From: Octopus vulgaris
Lineage: Eukaryota
Assembly: GCA_951406725.2 (NCBI GenBank)
Contig: OX597814.1
Span: 11,408,001 to 11,472,000, forward strand
Length of the DNA stretch: 64,000 nucleotides
Reading direction: 5' to 3'
Part shown: positions 27,346 to 39,179 of the stretch, one piece after another
Numbering within the stretch: position 1 is the first letter of the stretch
Layout: every line of letters begins with the position of its first letter
Made by a program: the position numbers and the translations under genes
The notes under the pieces: generated by a model
Told to the model about the DNA's origin: nothing
Seen by the model: the letters and a program-made list of their open reading frames with translations, nothing else
The model's database searches: none

Positions 27346-28412
27346 ACAAATACTATATTTGACTTATTTTTCTTGCCAAATATTTCAATATCGTTCGTTG
27401 TTTTGCCAAAGGGAAATGAAATTCTTTTAAATGTAGGGATTTTTTTGTTGTTATTTGTGTTATTTAGTCGCAAAGTAATCATATGATAAAAGAAATTATG
27501 ATAAAGCTATCCAGCGGTGACCATCACCAGTTATTGCATATTTTTGACGACATTGTTCCTCCAGTATTTCCTTCCTGTTATAAACGGTAATCTATAGACG
27601 CAAAACGAATTTCTGTGTCAGTGTGTCACACTTTGACCCCCTCTCTCACTATTCAATGACACTTTTACTACTCCTACTGGGGTGAGAGGAATAGTAAGCA
27701 TAGAGACGGTGAGGACGGTAGTAGATTGACGGTTGTGATGATAATGGGGTGATAGTAATAGTATGAGCTGTAGTTGTGATAGAGGCGGAGGCGATGGTAG
27801 TGTAACCGAGGTGGTCAGGGATGACGGTGATAGTAAGCGATGTGAAGACAATGGCGAAGGTGTTGGAGGGGAAGGCGTTGAAGTCAAAGGTATTGATGGT
27901 GGTGGCGTCAAAAGTTAGAATGGTATGTGTATGGCAATTGTTGTGGCGATGGGGATGGTTGAAAACAATGAACAGAAAGAGAGAGAGAGAGAGAGAGAGA
28001 GAAAGAGGTTAGACAGAAAAAATTGTACTGACCCCCGAATGGAAAGACAAAAAGTGTTGTTTATCATGCAACTTTGCAATAAGTTCCAAGTCGACAAATT
28101 ATATCATTGTTTTGATGAAAATTGTTCATTGCTTGAAAAATATTGGTCAAGTTTAATAAAATTAAATATCCACTCAGTGCATGAAGTGTTTTGTTGGGCC
28201 CAAGGCCCAATGAAGAACCCTCCACTGGTGCTAGCTTTTAAGCTAGTATACAGTATTTTTAGAGAGATATGACTGCCATTTCTTGTAGTTCGAGTGACCA
28301 TACAGAGTTCCCTTTGTTGTCGAAATGATTTGTTTTGTGGCCATACCAGCCACAAGTAACATACACACATACACACACGAACCCATCGTCTCTGTACAAA
28401 TTAGTGACGTAC

Positions 28413-28562
28413 CTAGAGAGTGTTTCCCGGGGCAACATTTGAGTTTGCCGCTTTCAGATCCCCAATCCTATATAGGCTTATACAGCAAAGCCCAAAGTGC
28501 TAAACCCAAGAAAGCGTTTCTCCGGGCGAGTCGCCCCTCACGCCAGCTACCCAGCGACATTA
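28413..28562 (-). other. Candidate spliced exon (150 nt, likely 5' UTR or non-coding)
   Basis: ttttctatatatttctttcAG acceptor and AG|GTACGT donor bracket a GC-richer unique segment; stops in all frames. Confidence 0.3.
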
Positions 28563-28938
28563 CTGAAAGAAATATATAGAAAACAAGCTTATCTTGTATC
28601 ATTCCTCATACATATTTAATGATAATTAACTCTCCAGCATCATTATTATGGATTTTCTAAAAATATGAAGCATTTAAAATTCCATGGTATATTGCAAAAC
28701 GAGTGTAAAATACATTACGGCATACATGAAAAGTAAAAAGGACGGAATAGTCATGCAGGAATGTTTTTTGACCATAGATATATGAGACTAAACAATGTCA
28801 AAAGCATCAACAACGATTTAGTTCTTAAAGCAAACGCAGTAAAGCAAGATGTAACTTCCTGACGAGTTTTATTTCGATTCCTATTTGAAACCATTTCACT
28901 TCATTAAACCGCTGAATGAGCCTGGATATTTCAATATC

Positions 28939-29004
<66 letters not shown>

Positions 29005-30418
29005 GCTGTCTGAAATAACAGTGTTAGGTTTAAATATATATTAACATATGCGATTAATCAAACAGACAGGAAGAGCATTTATTGTTTAACTCCATTTCAT
29101 TTACTCGAGAATGAAAGAAATAGATTTTCCCATTCGTTTCTTCTTTTTGTTTTTTGTTTTTTTGCATCAACATTGAGTTATTCATTATATCAAAATAGCC
29201 AACTCAGTTATGGAAAGTTGAACTTTTCTTTAAAATAACCGTAAATACAATACGCGAAACCTAAGCTGGAATTCGGTAAATCCAAGAAACAGCGTAAAAA
29301 ATATAAGACATAATATATAAGAAAATTTCGTCTGTAATCTTTAGTTTCTTAAAAATATAAAATAAACATATTTCCATTTCTCTATTATCGTATTGAATAA
29401 AATGTTCAGTATGTAAGTTATGATATTGTAAATATTGTAGATATGTCATTTTTTTCCTCAAACATGGTATAAGCTATTTCTGTTTGGCATCTGTATATCG
29501 TCAAGCAATTCCTGCAATACAGAATATGATGGTCAGTTGAAGAATTGATTTCGATGAAGTCATTTTGAATACCATCACAGAATATCGAAATAAATTCTTA
29601 CATTGTCTCTTCTTATAATAGAATATGCTGCTTCTGTTTATGCTATTTCCATTGCTGCTGCTACTGCTGTTGTTCTTGCTGCTGTTGCTGCTGCTGTTGT
29701 TGTTGTTTCTGTTGCTTCTGTTGCTGCTGTTGCTTGTTTGTTTGTTGAGCGAAGCGGTCTTCGTCCCAGAGTGGGAGAAGTCCGAAACGTGGTACTTTGC
29801 TATTCGTAAGACCCGCAGAAGAGAAAGCAGGTAAACCTCCGACACCGAAAGCATCGACGGATTGCTGCTGTTGTTGTTGTTGTTGTTGTTGTTGTTGTAG
29901 GTGGTGGTGGTGGTGGTGGTGGTGTTTTACCCTAAGTCAATATTGAACGAGCACGTGTATAATCAATGACACTCCGACAATGATCGTCACGGCATATATT
30001 TTTTTATTACAAACACCACATCATCCAATGTGACCTTCACGTTTTTATAACGAATGGATGCGATCTGAGAGAGATTTGGTTGTTATTTTAAGCAGGCCAA
30101 ACGACTTCGTAGTAGAACAGGAATTAATCTTCTTCCTGTTTTTTGCCAGTCCTTCTAATTGTTGTTTCTCTTGTCCGCCTTTTGTATCGTCAATCTGTCC
30201 ACACGTTTTAATGCCCTCTATGGCGCTTTTGTTCCATTATATATATATATATATATATATATAATGATAAATCTCAGAGCGAGTTATAAACAGTAGCAGC
30301 AACACATCGTGACGTATATTTGCCATTTGAATATGGCTAGTTATAAACAGTAGCAGCAACTGTTTATACAGTAGCATCCACCCTTAGGGGTTAGCCATAT
30401 TCAAATGGCAAATATACG

Positions 30419-30468
<50 letters not shown>

Positions 30469-30862
30469 CATACACGCACACATTTATACATTTATATATG
30501 TGTGTGTATGTGTATAAATGACACTTAACAAATACATATTTACAAACACACGCACACAATTATCACACTTGAACAATTCAGACTTGCATTGTTTATGTTA
30601 GGGATCACAGTGACAATAATCCGAACCACTGCTTCAACTGCATTTGCATCGTAACAACACGTTTCATCACCAGTTACAACATATTTTAGAAATTTTCCAG
30701 TATGCAAACAATAAAGCAACTTTTTTTTTCATCCATTTGTCTACAGATTTATTTTATGGCAACACAAATAATCACGCGGCACACAGTTTTACAGATATTT
30801 AGCTGTCATGAAGCTTCACGCTCTATTTATAATCCCACTCAATGTTTTCCCTTATATTTCTA

Positions 30863-31255
30863 CTAGCAGTATCGCCCGGCGTTGCTCGGGTTTGTAAGGG
30901 AAATAACTATATAAGCATTTTTAGAGATGTAAAGTATAATAGCCATCTCAATACGGCTAACCACAAAGGGGGGTTACTGTAGCTTTTTACGTTCTGAGAT
31001 TTAATAATAAATTTTTAGAGAGTTACTTCCCTTATATATGCCAAAACTGCATTAAAAATGGGAAAAGTTGATGGTAATATTTTTTTTTAAATCGTAGACT
31101 CATCGTAGACGCGCGCTAATACCCAAAAGGGCTCGATATGAATCACGACTATAAGATACCGGGTTTTGGTTAAACTGCACCGCAAAATGTGGGAGTAGTT
31201 AGGAATCTAAATCGTAGGAGACAGACACACACAACCTCACTTTTATATATAAAGA
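30863..31255 (-). mobile_element. Non-autonomous Helitron
   Basis: Minus strand begins A|TCTTTATATATAAAA and ends CCCGAGCAACGCCGGG hairpin - CGATACTG - CTAG|T; inserted in an AT dinucleotide. Confidence 0.85.
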
Positions 31256-31379
31256 TATGCACGGATCAGCTCAAAGTCTACCCAACTCGGGTAAATATGC
31301 TTTGTTGAGGAGATACAAAAAAGATTGAATCAAGTCTGCTACCTTCACTAGTTCGCTTCAATAACGCCTAACAGCATGG

Positions 31380-31730
31380 TCTATTTCGTTTTTGGATTTG
31401 GTTTGCAAGATTCTTTATATGAGTTCGTGTGTTGAAGCATATTCTGTTGTCTTTGGAGAGAATCATTCTCTTTTACTGCCTTATTATTTAACACACTCAC
31501 CGGTAAAATTTACACTTATTTCTTATTTTTATTTTCCTAAAATTTTCGTTGTGTCTTGCAACCTTTTCAAGAGTCTTGCAACCTTTTCAAGAGTCAAGAC
31601 TGTTGAAAATGTTGCAAGACGCAACGAAAATTTTAGAAAATAAAAATAAGAAATAAGTGGAAATTTTACCGGTTAGTGTGTTAAATAATAAGGCAGTAAA
31701 AGAGAATGACTCTCCCCAGACACAACAGCA
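31380..31730. mobile_element. Palindromic MITE-like element
   Basis: Arms ~31443-31570 and ~31600-31730 are inverted; an internally deleted copy lies at 42510-42736 in opposite orientation. Confidence 0.75.
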
Positions 31731-31970
31731 TTGTCTATATTTTCCCAAAAAAAAGTCGTATGACAATTTTGCATGAATTTTTGTCTTTCAATTTCAAGAA
31801 TAAACTCGAGTAAACGAAGTTTGTTGATACACTGTATTATATACGTATGTAAGACTCAATTTTATAAAAACAGTATGTTTACATTTGTTTAAATGTTAGG
31901 CTTTCTACATTAAGCTACATCAAATATTTCATACACACATACATGCATATATATATATATATATATATAT

Positions 31971-32037
<67 letters not shown>

Positions 32038-32240
32038 TGTACATATATCCTTAAATCCTTAAAAATGTTTTAGCCCGAATGCCACGGCCATGCTGGGGCA
32101 CCACAAACACACATATATTATCTATGTACGTATGTGTGAATGTATGTGTGCATGCACGCGTTCGTGTGTGTGTGTGTGTGCAATAGCTAGCTAGCTAGCT
32201 AGATAGGTAGATGGACAGACAGACAGACAGACAGACAGAC

Positions 32241-32307
<67 letters not shown>

Positions 32308-32630
32308 CAGATAGATAGATAGATAGCTAGATAGATAACTTTTTATTGTAGCCACACAGGGCTAAACACAGAATAAAAATGGACGAAATACAATGTAGAA
32401 TTTTTCTTTTCGAGGTGGGATGGGTGGGGCAAGAAAAAAAAAAAAAAAAAAGTTTGATCAATAGGGATCTGTGGGTTGTGTGGTGTATAAAAAAGGAATA
32501 TATATATATAAGGTTCACAGTTTAGGTGTAGTCTTGGAAAGAAAAACCTACAAAAAAGACCAAGGTCACCTCAGGCAATTCGAAAAAGAACACATGAGTA
32601 AGTCGCCTTACTTCTCGTTGTCTCTTTTGG

Positions 32631-35600
32631 TTACAGATTTATGCTTAAAATAGTGTCGTCTTTCATACTGACCATTTTTGCCACTTTTACCCACTTTTTA
32701 TTAAAACATTCGTTCGACAAAGCCTTCCTCTCTATTCTCATCCTCCTTTTCAAGTGGTACTTGAAAAAGTTGACGAGAGACTGACCAGAGAGGAAGGTGT
32801 TTGTTTGCAGTCCTTTCAAACGCGTCCACCACACACATTCTTTCGCCATAGCCATCAGCGTAACGAAAACCGTTTTCCCTTCCCGTTTAAAGGAAGGTGG
32901 TGGAACAATATTCACAATAGACTCGGCCGATAGGCGAGCCTGACCTACACGTGACAACAGCTGTTCGACGAAGGACCACAGCTCTGAAATATCTGGACAC
33001 TGCACGAGTGCGTGCAGAACGGTTTCGTCGCTCTGACCGCATCTCGGGCAGGTCGGTCCGGTGATGGTTTTCGAACCGTGTCTGTAGCTCTTCTCTCGAA
33101 CAGGTAGTGCGTCTCGATAGCACTGCCAAGCCAGGGATTTCTGGAAGTTATCCATAGGCCCCGGCCCGAACGTCGTCCTGAACAGGCGGGTTAGGAATTC
33201 CTCGTCGACGCCCAGGTTTGCCCCGAGTGTGTCGTCGGACCTCCCCTCCACTAGTCCTCTATAGAACGCTTTAGTCGTTTGGAAATTGCACAAGTTTGAC
33301 CCCGGTCGGCAGAGCTGCTGTAGAGCTTGGCGACACTCTCGGTGCCAATCGCCCAGTTTCGGTCTCTTTTTGATCCACGTTTGCAGTTCGGTCAGTGAGA
33401 CGAGCTGCGGGAAGTCGCGCCTCACAAACGGCGCCCACACCTGTTCACCGTCGTCGATGAATTTCCAGAGATGTCGCAGTCTCAGCGCATGCCTGCGCAT
33501 CATCAACCACGGCATGCCCAGTCCTCCATTCAACGGATGTTGACAGCAAATGGACTTCCTCACCATCGGAACGCCACCTTTCCACAGGAAGCGGAAGAGT
33601 ATGCGTTCCAGTTTGGTGATGGTGGCGTCGGGACAAGGTACGACGGTCAGGCGGTAATCGATGACGGATGCGATGTACGCGTTCGCCACCTCCGCCCGGC
33701 CTTTTAGAGACAGCTTTCTCTCGGCCCATGTTTGGCTGAGAGCGACCACTCTACTCGTGATCTCGTCCCAGTTCTTATCCATTTGGAGGTCCGGACTGAA
33801 CCAGACCCCGAGCAATTTAACCGGTCCGTCCGTCCAGCGTCCCACTACTGAGCCGCAGTCGGACGGCATGGGCTTGCTTCTCCAGGTGTCGAGTAGCAAA
33901 CCCACTGACTTTTCCGGGTTAATCTTTGCTCCCGTCACCGTTTCATATTTTCTTAGTGTCTCGCCGACCAGCTCGATGTGCTGGTAGCTCGACACTATGA
34001 CGGTGACATCGTCCGCATATGCCGACACGCTCGTCCCGCAACCCAGTTCCCGTGGGATGCCCCTCAGTGTCGCCAACTTCCGCAGTAGCGGCTCGAGAGT
34101 CAATACATACAGAAGCGCCGACAGGGGACACCCCTGACGGACCGAACGCGTGATGTCAAACGGTTTAGACAGGTGACCGTTCACCCGAATCACCGATCGG
34201 ATGCCGCTATACAAGGCAGCGATCCAACCGCGGAAGACGGGACCGAAGCCAGCCGCCCTGAGGACGGCCGCCAAGTACCGATGGTCGACCCTATCGAAGG
34301 CTTTAGACTGATCCAAATTTATCAGCGCCCCACCCATGCCAGGATCCTTAACTACCCTGTCCACAATGTAGCGCATCAGATGGAGGTTGTCATGTATGGT
34401 TCTGCCCGGCACGGCGCATGTTTGCGCCCTGTCGACCAGTTTACCAATGACAAGCGCCAACCTCTCGGCTATTACTTTGGCCAAAATTTTCAAATCTGCG
34501 TTGAGCAGAGTGATGGGCCTGAAATTATCTATAAAATTCCCCTTGTTTGAGTCTTTCTTCAGCAACGTCACTGCACCTCGGCTCACGAAACCGGGGATTC
34601 TCCCGTTTTGTTGCCAGTTGCAGTAGACTGATGCCAAGAGGTCGCCAAACAAGTCTGGCATTCGACAATACAGCTCGTAGGGTAAACCATCCAATCCAGG
34701 CGACTTATCCCTCGCGCAGCCCGCCATCGCATCCCACACGTCAGCGGCTGTGATGGGACTTTCACAACACTCCGCTTCTCTTGCCGAGAGCCGCGGCAGG
34801 TCGGTCAGGTAGGCACTGAAATCCATCCCTCGTTCCGACCCACCACTCGCACCAAACAGTCGAGCAAAGTGCTGTTGAAAGGCCTCACACATCCTTTCGG
34901 GTTCGAGTAAACTGCATCCCTGTTGATCTATTAGAGACCGAATGGTTGATCTGTTGCCACGCTGCGCCTCCGCTACCCGGGCCTCTCGCGCAGCTTCAAT
35001 CCCTTCGTTCCTTAAGGCACGCATTTTAGCTCTGACGACGCAACCTTCGTGCTTGGCGTTGAGGTGTTGGTCGAGGGCCATCCTCGCAGCCAGCACGTTG
35101 GTTGCGCTGCCAGTGGTAAGTGCCTCTTCTAGTTTCTTAACTAAGTCTCCCTCTACTCTATTTCGTTCTATCGCTAATTCCTTGCTAAACCTAATTGATT
35201 CCGATTTTATTGCCATTTTCAGGGCGTACCACCAGCGGTTGTTAACGACCGCTCCTGTCAGCGCCCTCTTAATTAACTCGCTAATCCGGTTCCTGTAAAC
35301 CTGTCGCACTAACAGCGACGTGTTCAGTTTCCAGTAACCGGGACCCTGCCTATGTGTTTTATCTAAGTCGAGCGTACACGTAACAAATTTGTGATCTGTG
35401 TAGCTGACTATTTTAAATTGTGGACATCCTACACTATCCCTATCCGCTGTCCTGCATAGAATTCTATCTAGATAAGATCTCGACGATCCGACGCGGTTTG
35501 TCCAAGTCCACGTTGGCACGTTCGGATGGTCGAGTCGGAACCTGTCAGACAAATGGAAACGTCTGAGCAGGTCTTTGAGGCTCTTACACCCCCTTCTATT

Positions 35601-36080
35601 CCTATCCCTTCCCACATAATCTAGATGCGTGTCCAAGGTAGCGTTCCAATCCCCTACTAACAGTAAAGGTCTAGACGTACCCAGGAAAACCTCTAGACGT
35701 CTGAAGAAATCCGCCCGACCCGTTAAGGACGGTGCATAAACTGCCATCAGACGGAATGCACACCCATTTCTGCCATCCACGTCCAAGACAACCAGCCTAC
35801 CCTCCGGGTCTAGGAATATTGCTCTTACTTTTACTTTTAGACTCTTTCGAAAAAGCACTGCAGTACCTCCACCACCCATGTTCGGCAGACAGGGAGAAAA
35901 ATAAATGTCAAATTGATTGCCAAACATGGACTCGAGGGCCCGCGGCTTACTGAGTCTGGTTTCGCTGATAGCTACTATATCCACGTCTAGTGACTTGATG
36001 TCGTTTAGAAGGTAACCTTGCTTCCAAGCCGACGCCAAGCCACGCGCATTCACACAACCTAATTTAAGCATACTTGACAT
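32631..36080 (-). CDS. Tx1-like ORF2: APE endonuclease - reverse transcriptase - C-terminal zinc finger (1149 aa)
   Basis: APE: NARGL, SETR, VYAP, GDWN, SYLDR, TDH; PGYWKLN; RT: SPGLDG, FRPITLLN, DQSKAFDRV, RQGCPLS, YADD; LSLKGRA; CPRC..ETVLHALVQC. Confidence 0.96.
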   Translation of the reverse strand: MSSMLKLGCVNARGLASAWKQGYLLNDIKSLDVDIVAISETRLSKPRALESMFGNQFDIYFSPCLPNMGGGGTAVLFRKSLKVKVRAIFLDPEGRLVVLDVDGRNGCAFRLMAVYAPSLTGRADFFRRLEVFLGTSRPLLLVGDWNATLDTHLDYVGRDRNRRGCKSLKDLLRRFHLSDRFRLDHPNVPTWTWTNRVGSSRSYLDRILCRTADRDSVGCPQFKIVSYTDHKFVTCTLDLDKTHRQGPGYWKLNTSLLVRQVYRNRISELIKRALTGAVVNNRWWYALKMAIKSESIRFSKELAIERNRVEGDLVKKLEEALTTGSATNVLAARMALDQHLNAKHEGCVVRAKMRALRNEGIEAAREARVAEAQRGNRSTIRSLIDQQGCSLLEPERMCEAFQQHFARLFGASGGSERGMDFSAYLTDLPRLSAREAECCESPITAADVWDAMAGCARDKSPGLDGLPYELYCRMPDLFGDLLASVYCNWQQNGRIPGFVSRGAVTLLKKDSNKGNFIDNFRPITLLNADLKILAKVIAERLALVIGKLVDRAQTCAVPGRTIHDNLHLMRYIVDRVVKDPGMGGALINLDQSKAFDRVDHRYLAAVLRAAGFGPVFRGWIAALYSGIRSVIRVNGHLSKPFDITRSVRQGCPLSALLYVLTLEPLLRKLATLRGIPRELGCGTSVSAYADDVTVIVSSYQHIELVGETLRKYETVTGAKINPEKSVGLLLDTWRSKPMPSDCGSVVGRWTDGPVKLLGVWFSPDLQMDKNWDEITSRVVALSQTWAERKLSLKGRAEVANAYIASVIDYRLTVVPCPDATITKLERILFRFLWKGGVPMVRKSICCQHPLNGGLGMPWLMMRRHALRLRHLWKFIDDGEQVWAPFVRRDFPQLVSLTELQTWIKKRPKLGDWHRECRQALQQLCRPGSNLCNFQTTKAFYRGLVEGRSDDTLGANLGVDEEFLTRLFRTTFGPGPMDNFQKSLAWQCYRDALPVREKSYRHGSKTITGPTCPRCGQSDETVLHALVQCPDISELWSFVEQLLSRVGQARLSAESIVNIVPPPSFKREGKTVFVTLMAMAKECVWWTRLKGLQTNTFLSGQSLVNFFKYHLKRRMRIERKALSNECFNKKWVKVAKMVSMKDDTILSINL

Positions 36081-36145
36081 TTACGAAAATTGTGTTTTAC
36101 ACACTATATTAGAAGAGACAAGAGGCAAGAAGTGAGGTCACTTAC

Positions 36146-38029
36146 TCATTTTAAAAGTTTCATTTTTTCTTCTTCTTCTTTTGTATCGTTTTTGATGAGG
36201 TGTTTGTATAGTTTTTTCGACAGGTATCGTTGATACCCGCCTACCGCATTCGGAAATAATGTTTTCAGTATGTGGTGTTGTGCTTGTGTTATGTGTAAAA
36301 TTCTGATGTGTTTCGGTGGTGTGGTGTGCGGATGATTGTTTGTCTTAAAGTCATCTTCACAGACGACCATGTTAGATTTGATGTAGTCCATTAATTCTTT
36401 ATCGTCTGTGTCTATTGCAGTTAGTTGTGTGTGTGGTTTTACGGGTTCATTACTTTTTTGATTGTCTAGGGGGATGTTGTCCTGAGTTAGATATCTCCCT
36501 GCTTTAATTCCTTGTTTGGTGGATTTTTTGGATCTTTTTCTTTTACCCCCTGTGGCTATTTGCCATTCCGTCGAACTTTCGTCGTCCGACGTATCAGTAT
36601 GGGGTAGAGGCAAAACATTTGCATTACTATGTATGCTTGTATAAATTGTTGATGTTTTGTGCGGTGTTTGTGTTGTTGTGGTGTTAGGGGTAGCATTTGT
36701 CTTCTCGTCAGTGTTTTCTGTCTTTTTAATTGTCGTCCTGGCTGTGGGCGTGGGTCTATTTTTTGTTAATTCAACAGGTTTAATTGGTTGTGAAGTCAAC
36801 GGTGATTGTGTTGGTACTGTTTTTCTTGGTGATGTTGTTGGGGTTTGTTTGCTGGTTTGTTGTTTTTCTTGGCGTTGTTCCATAATTGAGTGTGTTGGTG
36901 TTGGTGTTGGTGTTGGCAACAAAGGGATTTTATTTGTTTTCTGAATTGTTCTTTCTTGTTTTTTCTGTACCAGATCGCACTTGGCAATCAAATGTTCGGG
37001 GCTGCCACATTTGTAGCATCTAGGCTTTTTGCCTTCTGCCATAACATATAGGCATTGCCCATTCTCCAAGTATATCTTGTCGGGTAGGCTCTCGATAGAG
37101 GCCCCCTCAATCTGGATGGTCACTACTACTGTTTTTCCACCCCAATTGTCGTTTAGGTACACGGCTGTTTCTAGAATATTGATCTTTTTCAAGTGGTAAC
37201 AGATTGCCCCTGTTATCCATTTGTTCGGCATATCGGGGGGTACATTTCTGATAGTAATTCTACTCACCCTCTGGTTTTTATAATAAGGGACCATGATGAT
37301 TTCATCATTTCCCAGAGACTCAGTAGAGTGAGCTTTTGCCACTTCCTGGTTAGGGAAGCGGACCACTACTGTGTTAAACTGGGGACCCCAGTTTATATAC
37401 TCTTTTTCTTTCATTATGTTTTTTAAACATTTCTCCACATCAGTTTTTGTAATCTGTTCATTTGGTTTTTTGTTTTTTCTAATAATTTTATATACAATTG
37501 TCTTATTTTCAATTTCTTGTTTTATATGTTGAGGTGTATGCAGGACTAAATCTTGTCCACGGGTTGTAAAGAGAGCTCTTGTTTCTATGAGCTCTTCATT
37601 TGTGAATGTAACAATCTCCTTTTTCTGGCGAAGAATATCTGCGAAATTTACTGTTGTTGACTTTTTTGTATTGGCATCTTCACTATTAGATAGTTCATTT
37701 TTATTGTTGTTCTTGTTGTTGCTGTTGTTTTTGTCAATAGTTTTCGTTTCAGTTTTATTTTTATCATTTATGTTGGTCGTGGTAGTGGTGGTGGTGGTGG
37801 TGGAGGTGGTGGTGGTAGCAGTTGTTGTCTCGTGGTTGCTGTTGTTAGTGGTGGTGGTGGCGGTGGTGACAGGGCTATTAACGCACGTGGTTGCAGCGTT
37901 CCTTTCACCGAATTTCACGTTGGCATTTTCCGTGCGAACGTTCTTTTTTTTCTCTGTCGTTTCCAGACTAGGAAAATGTTGTTCCAAAAAAGAACGCGAC
38001 CAGCGTTCAACAATAAAATTTTTAGACAT
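36146..38029 (-). CDS. Tx1-like ORF1, gag-like nucleic-acid-binding protein (627 aa)
   Basis: CCHC knuckle CYKCGSPEHLIAKC, ITIRNVPP motif, low-complexity T/N-rich tracts, basic GGKRKR; 65 nt upstream of ORF2. Confidence 0.9.
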   Translation of the reverse strand: MSKNFIVERWSRSFLEQHFPSLETTEKKKNVRTENANVKFGERNAATTCVNSPVTTATTTTNNSNHETTTATTTTSTTTTTTTTTNINDKNKTETKTIDKNNSNNKNNNKNELSNSEDANTKKSTTVNFADILRQKKEIVTFTNEELIETRALFTTRGQDLVLHTPQHIKQEIENKTIVYKIIRKNKKPNEQITKTDVEKCLKNIMKEKEYINWGPQFNTVVVRFPNQEVAKAHSTESLGNDEIIMVPYYKNQRVSRITIRNVPPDMPNKWITGAICYHLKKINILETAVYLNDNWGGKTVVVTIQIEGASIESLPDKIYLENGQCLYVMAEGKKPRCYKCGSPEHLIAKCDLVQKKQERTIQKTNKIPLLPTPTPTPTHSIMEQRQEKQQTSKQTPTTSPRKTVPTQSPLTSQPIKPVELTKNRPTPTARTTIKKTENTDEKTNATPNTTTTQTPHKTSTIYTSIHSNANVLPLPHTDTSDDESSTEWQIATGGKRKRSKKSTKQGIKAGRYLTQDNIPLDNQKSNEPVKPHTQLTAIDTDDKELMDYIKSNMVVCEDDFKTNNHPHTTPPKHIRILHITQAQHHILKTLFPNAVGGYQRYLSKKLYKHLIKNDTKEEEEKMKLLK

Positions 38030-38229
38030 TTTCTAATGTCGAGAAGAAAATAACAGAAATGAAATGGGGTCGAAACTGCCCCTAGGGGCGAATTCCTCCC
38101 TTGGAAAAGCACTCAAATGAAAGTTGGTTGCCTTACACACCTTATTTGCAAAAATCTACACAAAAATTGGCCTATAAATAGTCAAAATAAATGATTACCT
38201 TCGGAGCTGAAACGACATCACATCCGTCA

Positions 38230-38270
<41 letters not shown>

Positions 38271-38290
38271 CAGATAGATAGATAGATAGC

Positions 38291-38389
<99 letters not shown>

Positions 38390-39132
38390 TTAAGTTTCTT
38401 TATTGGCCACACAGGGCTGCACACAGATGGGACAAGTTACAAGGTAGAGCTTTTCTTTTGGGGGATGAAAAAACAAAAAACAAAAGAAAAAAAAGGGGGG
38501 ATGGCGTAGGTTTTCGATCAAGAGGGATCGTAAAAGGGAAGAAAAGAACAAAATAAATAAATAAATAAATAAAAAAAAAAATAAAAAATAAAAAGAATAA
38601 AAAAAGAAAAAGAAAAGGAACAAAAGAAAAGAGAAATGAAAAAGAAGAAAAAAGGGGGAAAAAAAGGGGAAGAGGAAAAAAAACGATCAATAGGGATCGT
38701 GTATCACAGTGTTATGATATATGGTGTAAAGGGGAAAGCAAGTAAGGTTTATCCGTGGGAAGAAAAGCCTACGAAAAAGACCACGGTAACCTTGGTCAAT
38801 ATTGTTATATGTTACCACATTTGTTTGCAAGTGGGTAACCCTCTGTTTTCAATTTCTGGGTTCATAGGATTATGCTCAAGGTGGCTTCGTCATTCATACG
38901 TGCCATCCTTGCTACATTCACCCATCTTTTTTTAAAACATTCGCTAGACAAAACTTGCCTCTCTACTCTCACTTTCCTTTTTAAGTGGTACTTGAAGAAG
39001 TTGATGAGAGGTTGACCAGAGAGGAAAGTGTTTGTCTCCAATCCTTTCAGACGCGTTCACCAGATACATTCTTTCGCCATAGCCACAAGGATGATGAAAA
39101 TAGCTCTTCCTTCCCGTTTGAAGGAAGGAGGC
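38390..39132 (-). mobile_element. 5'-truncated Tx1-like LINE copy D
   Basis: 3' UTR nearly identical to copy B; PPSFKREGRAIFIILVAMAKECIW; head-to-tail with the full-length copy across (GATA)n. Confidence 0.95.

Positions 39133-39179
<47 letters not shown>

Larger units (their letters stand above)
32338..38230 (-). mobile_element. Full-length Tx1-like non-LTR retrotransposon inserted in (GATA)n
   Basis: ~200-nt 5' UTR, two uninterrupted ORFs, U-rich 3' UTR with AATAAA at 32342-32347, no poly(A); (GATA)n flanks with a ~70-bp duplication. Confidence 0.95.

Noticed and set aside
32887-35953. Short antisense and alternative-frame ORFs in Tx1 ORF2
   Set aside because: Expected shadows of a GC-rich coding sequence
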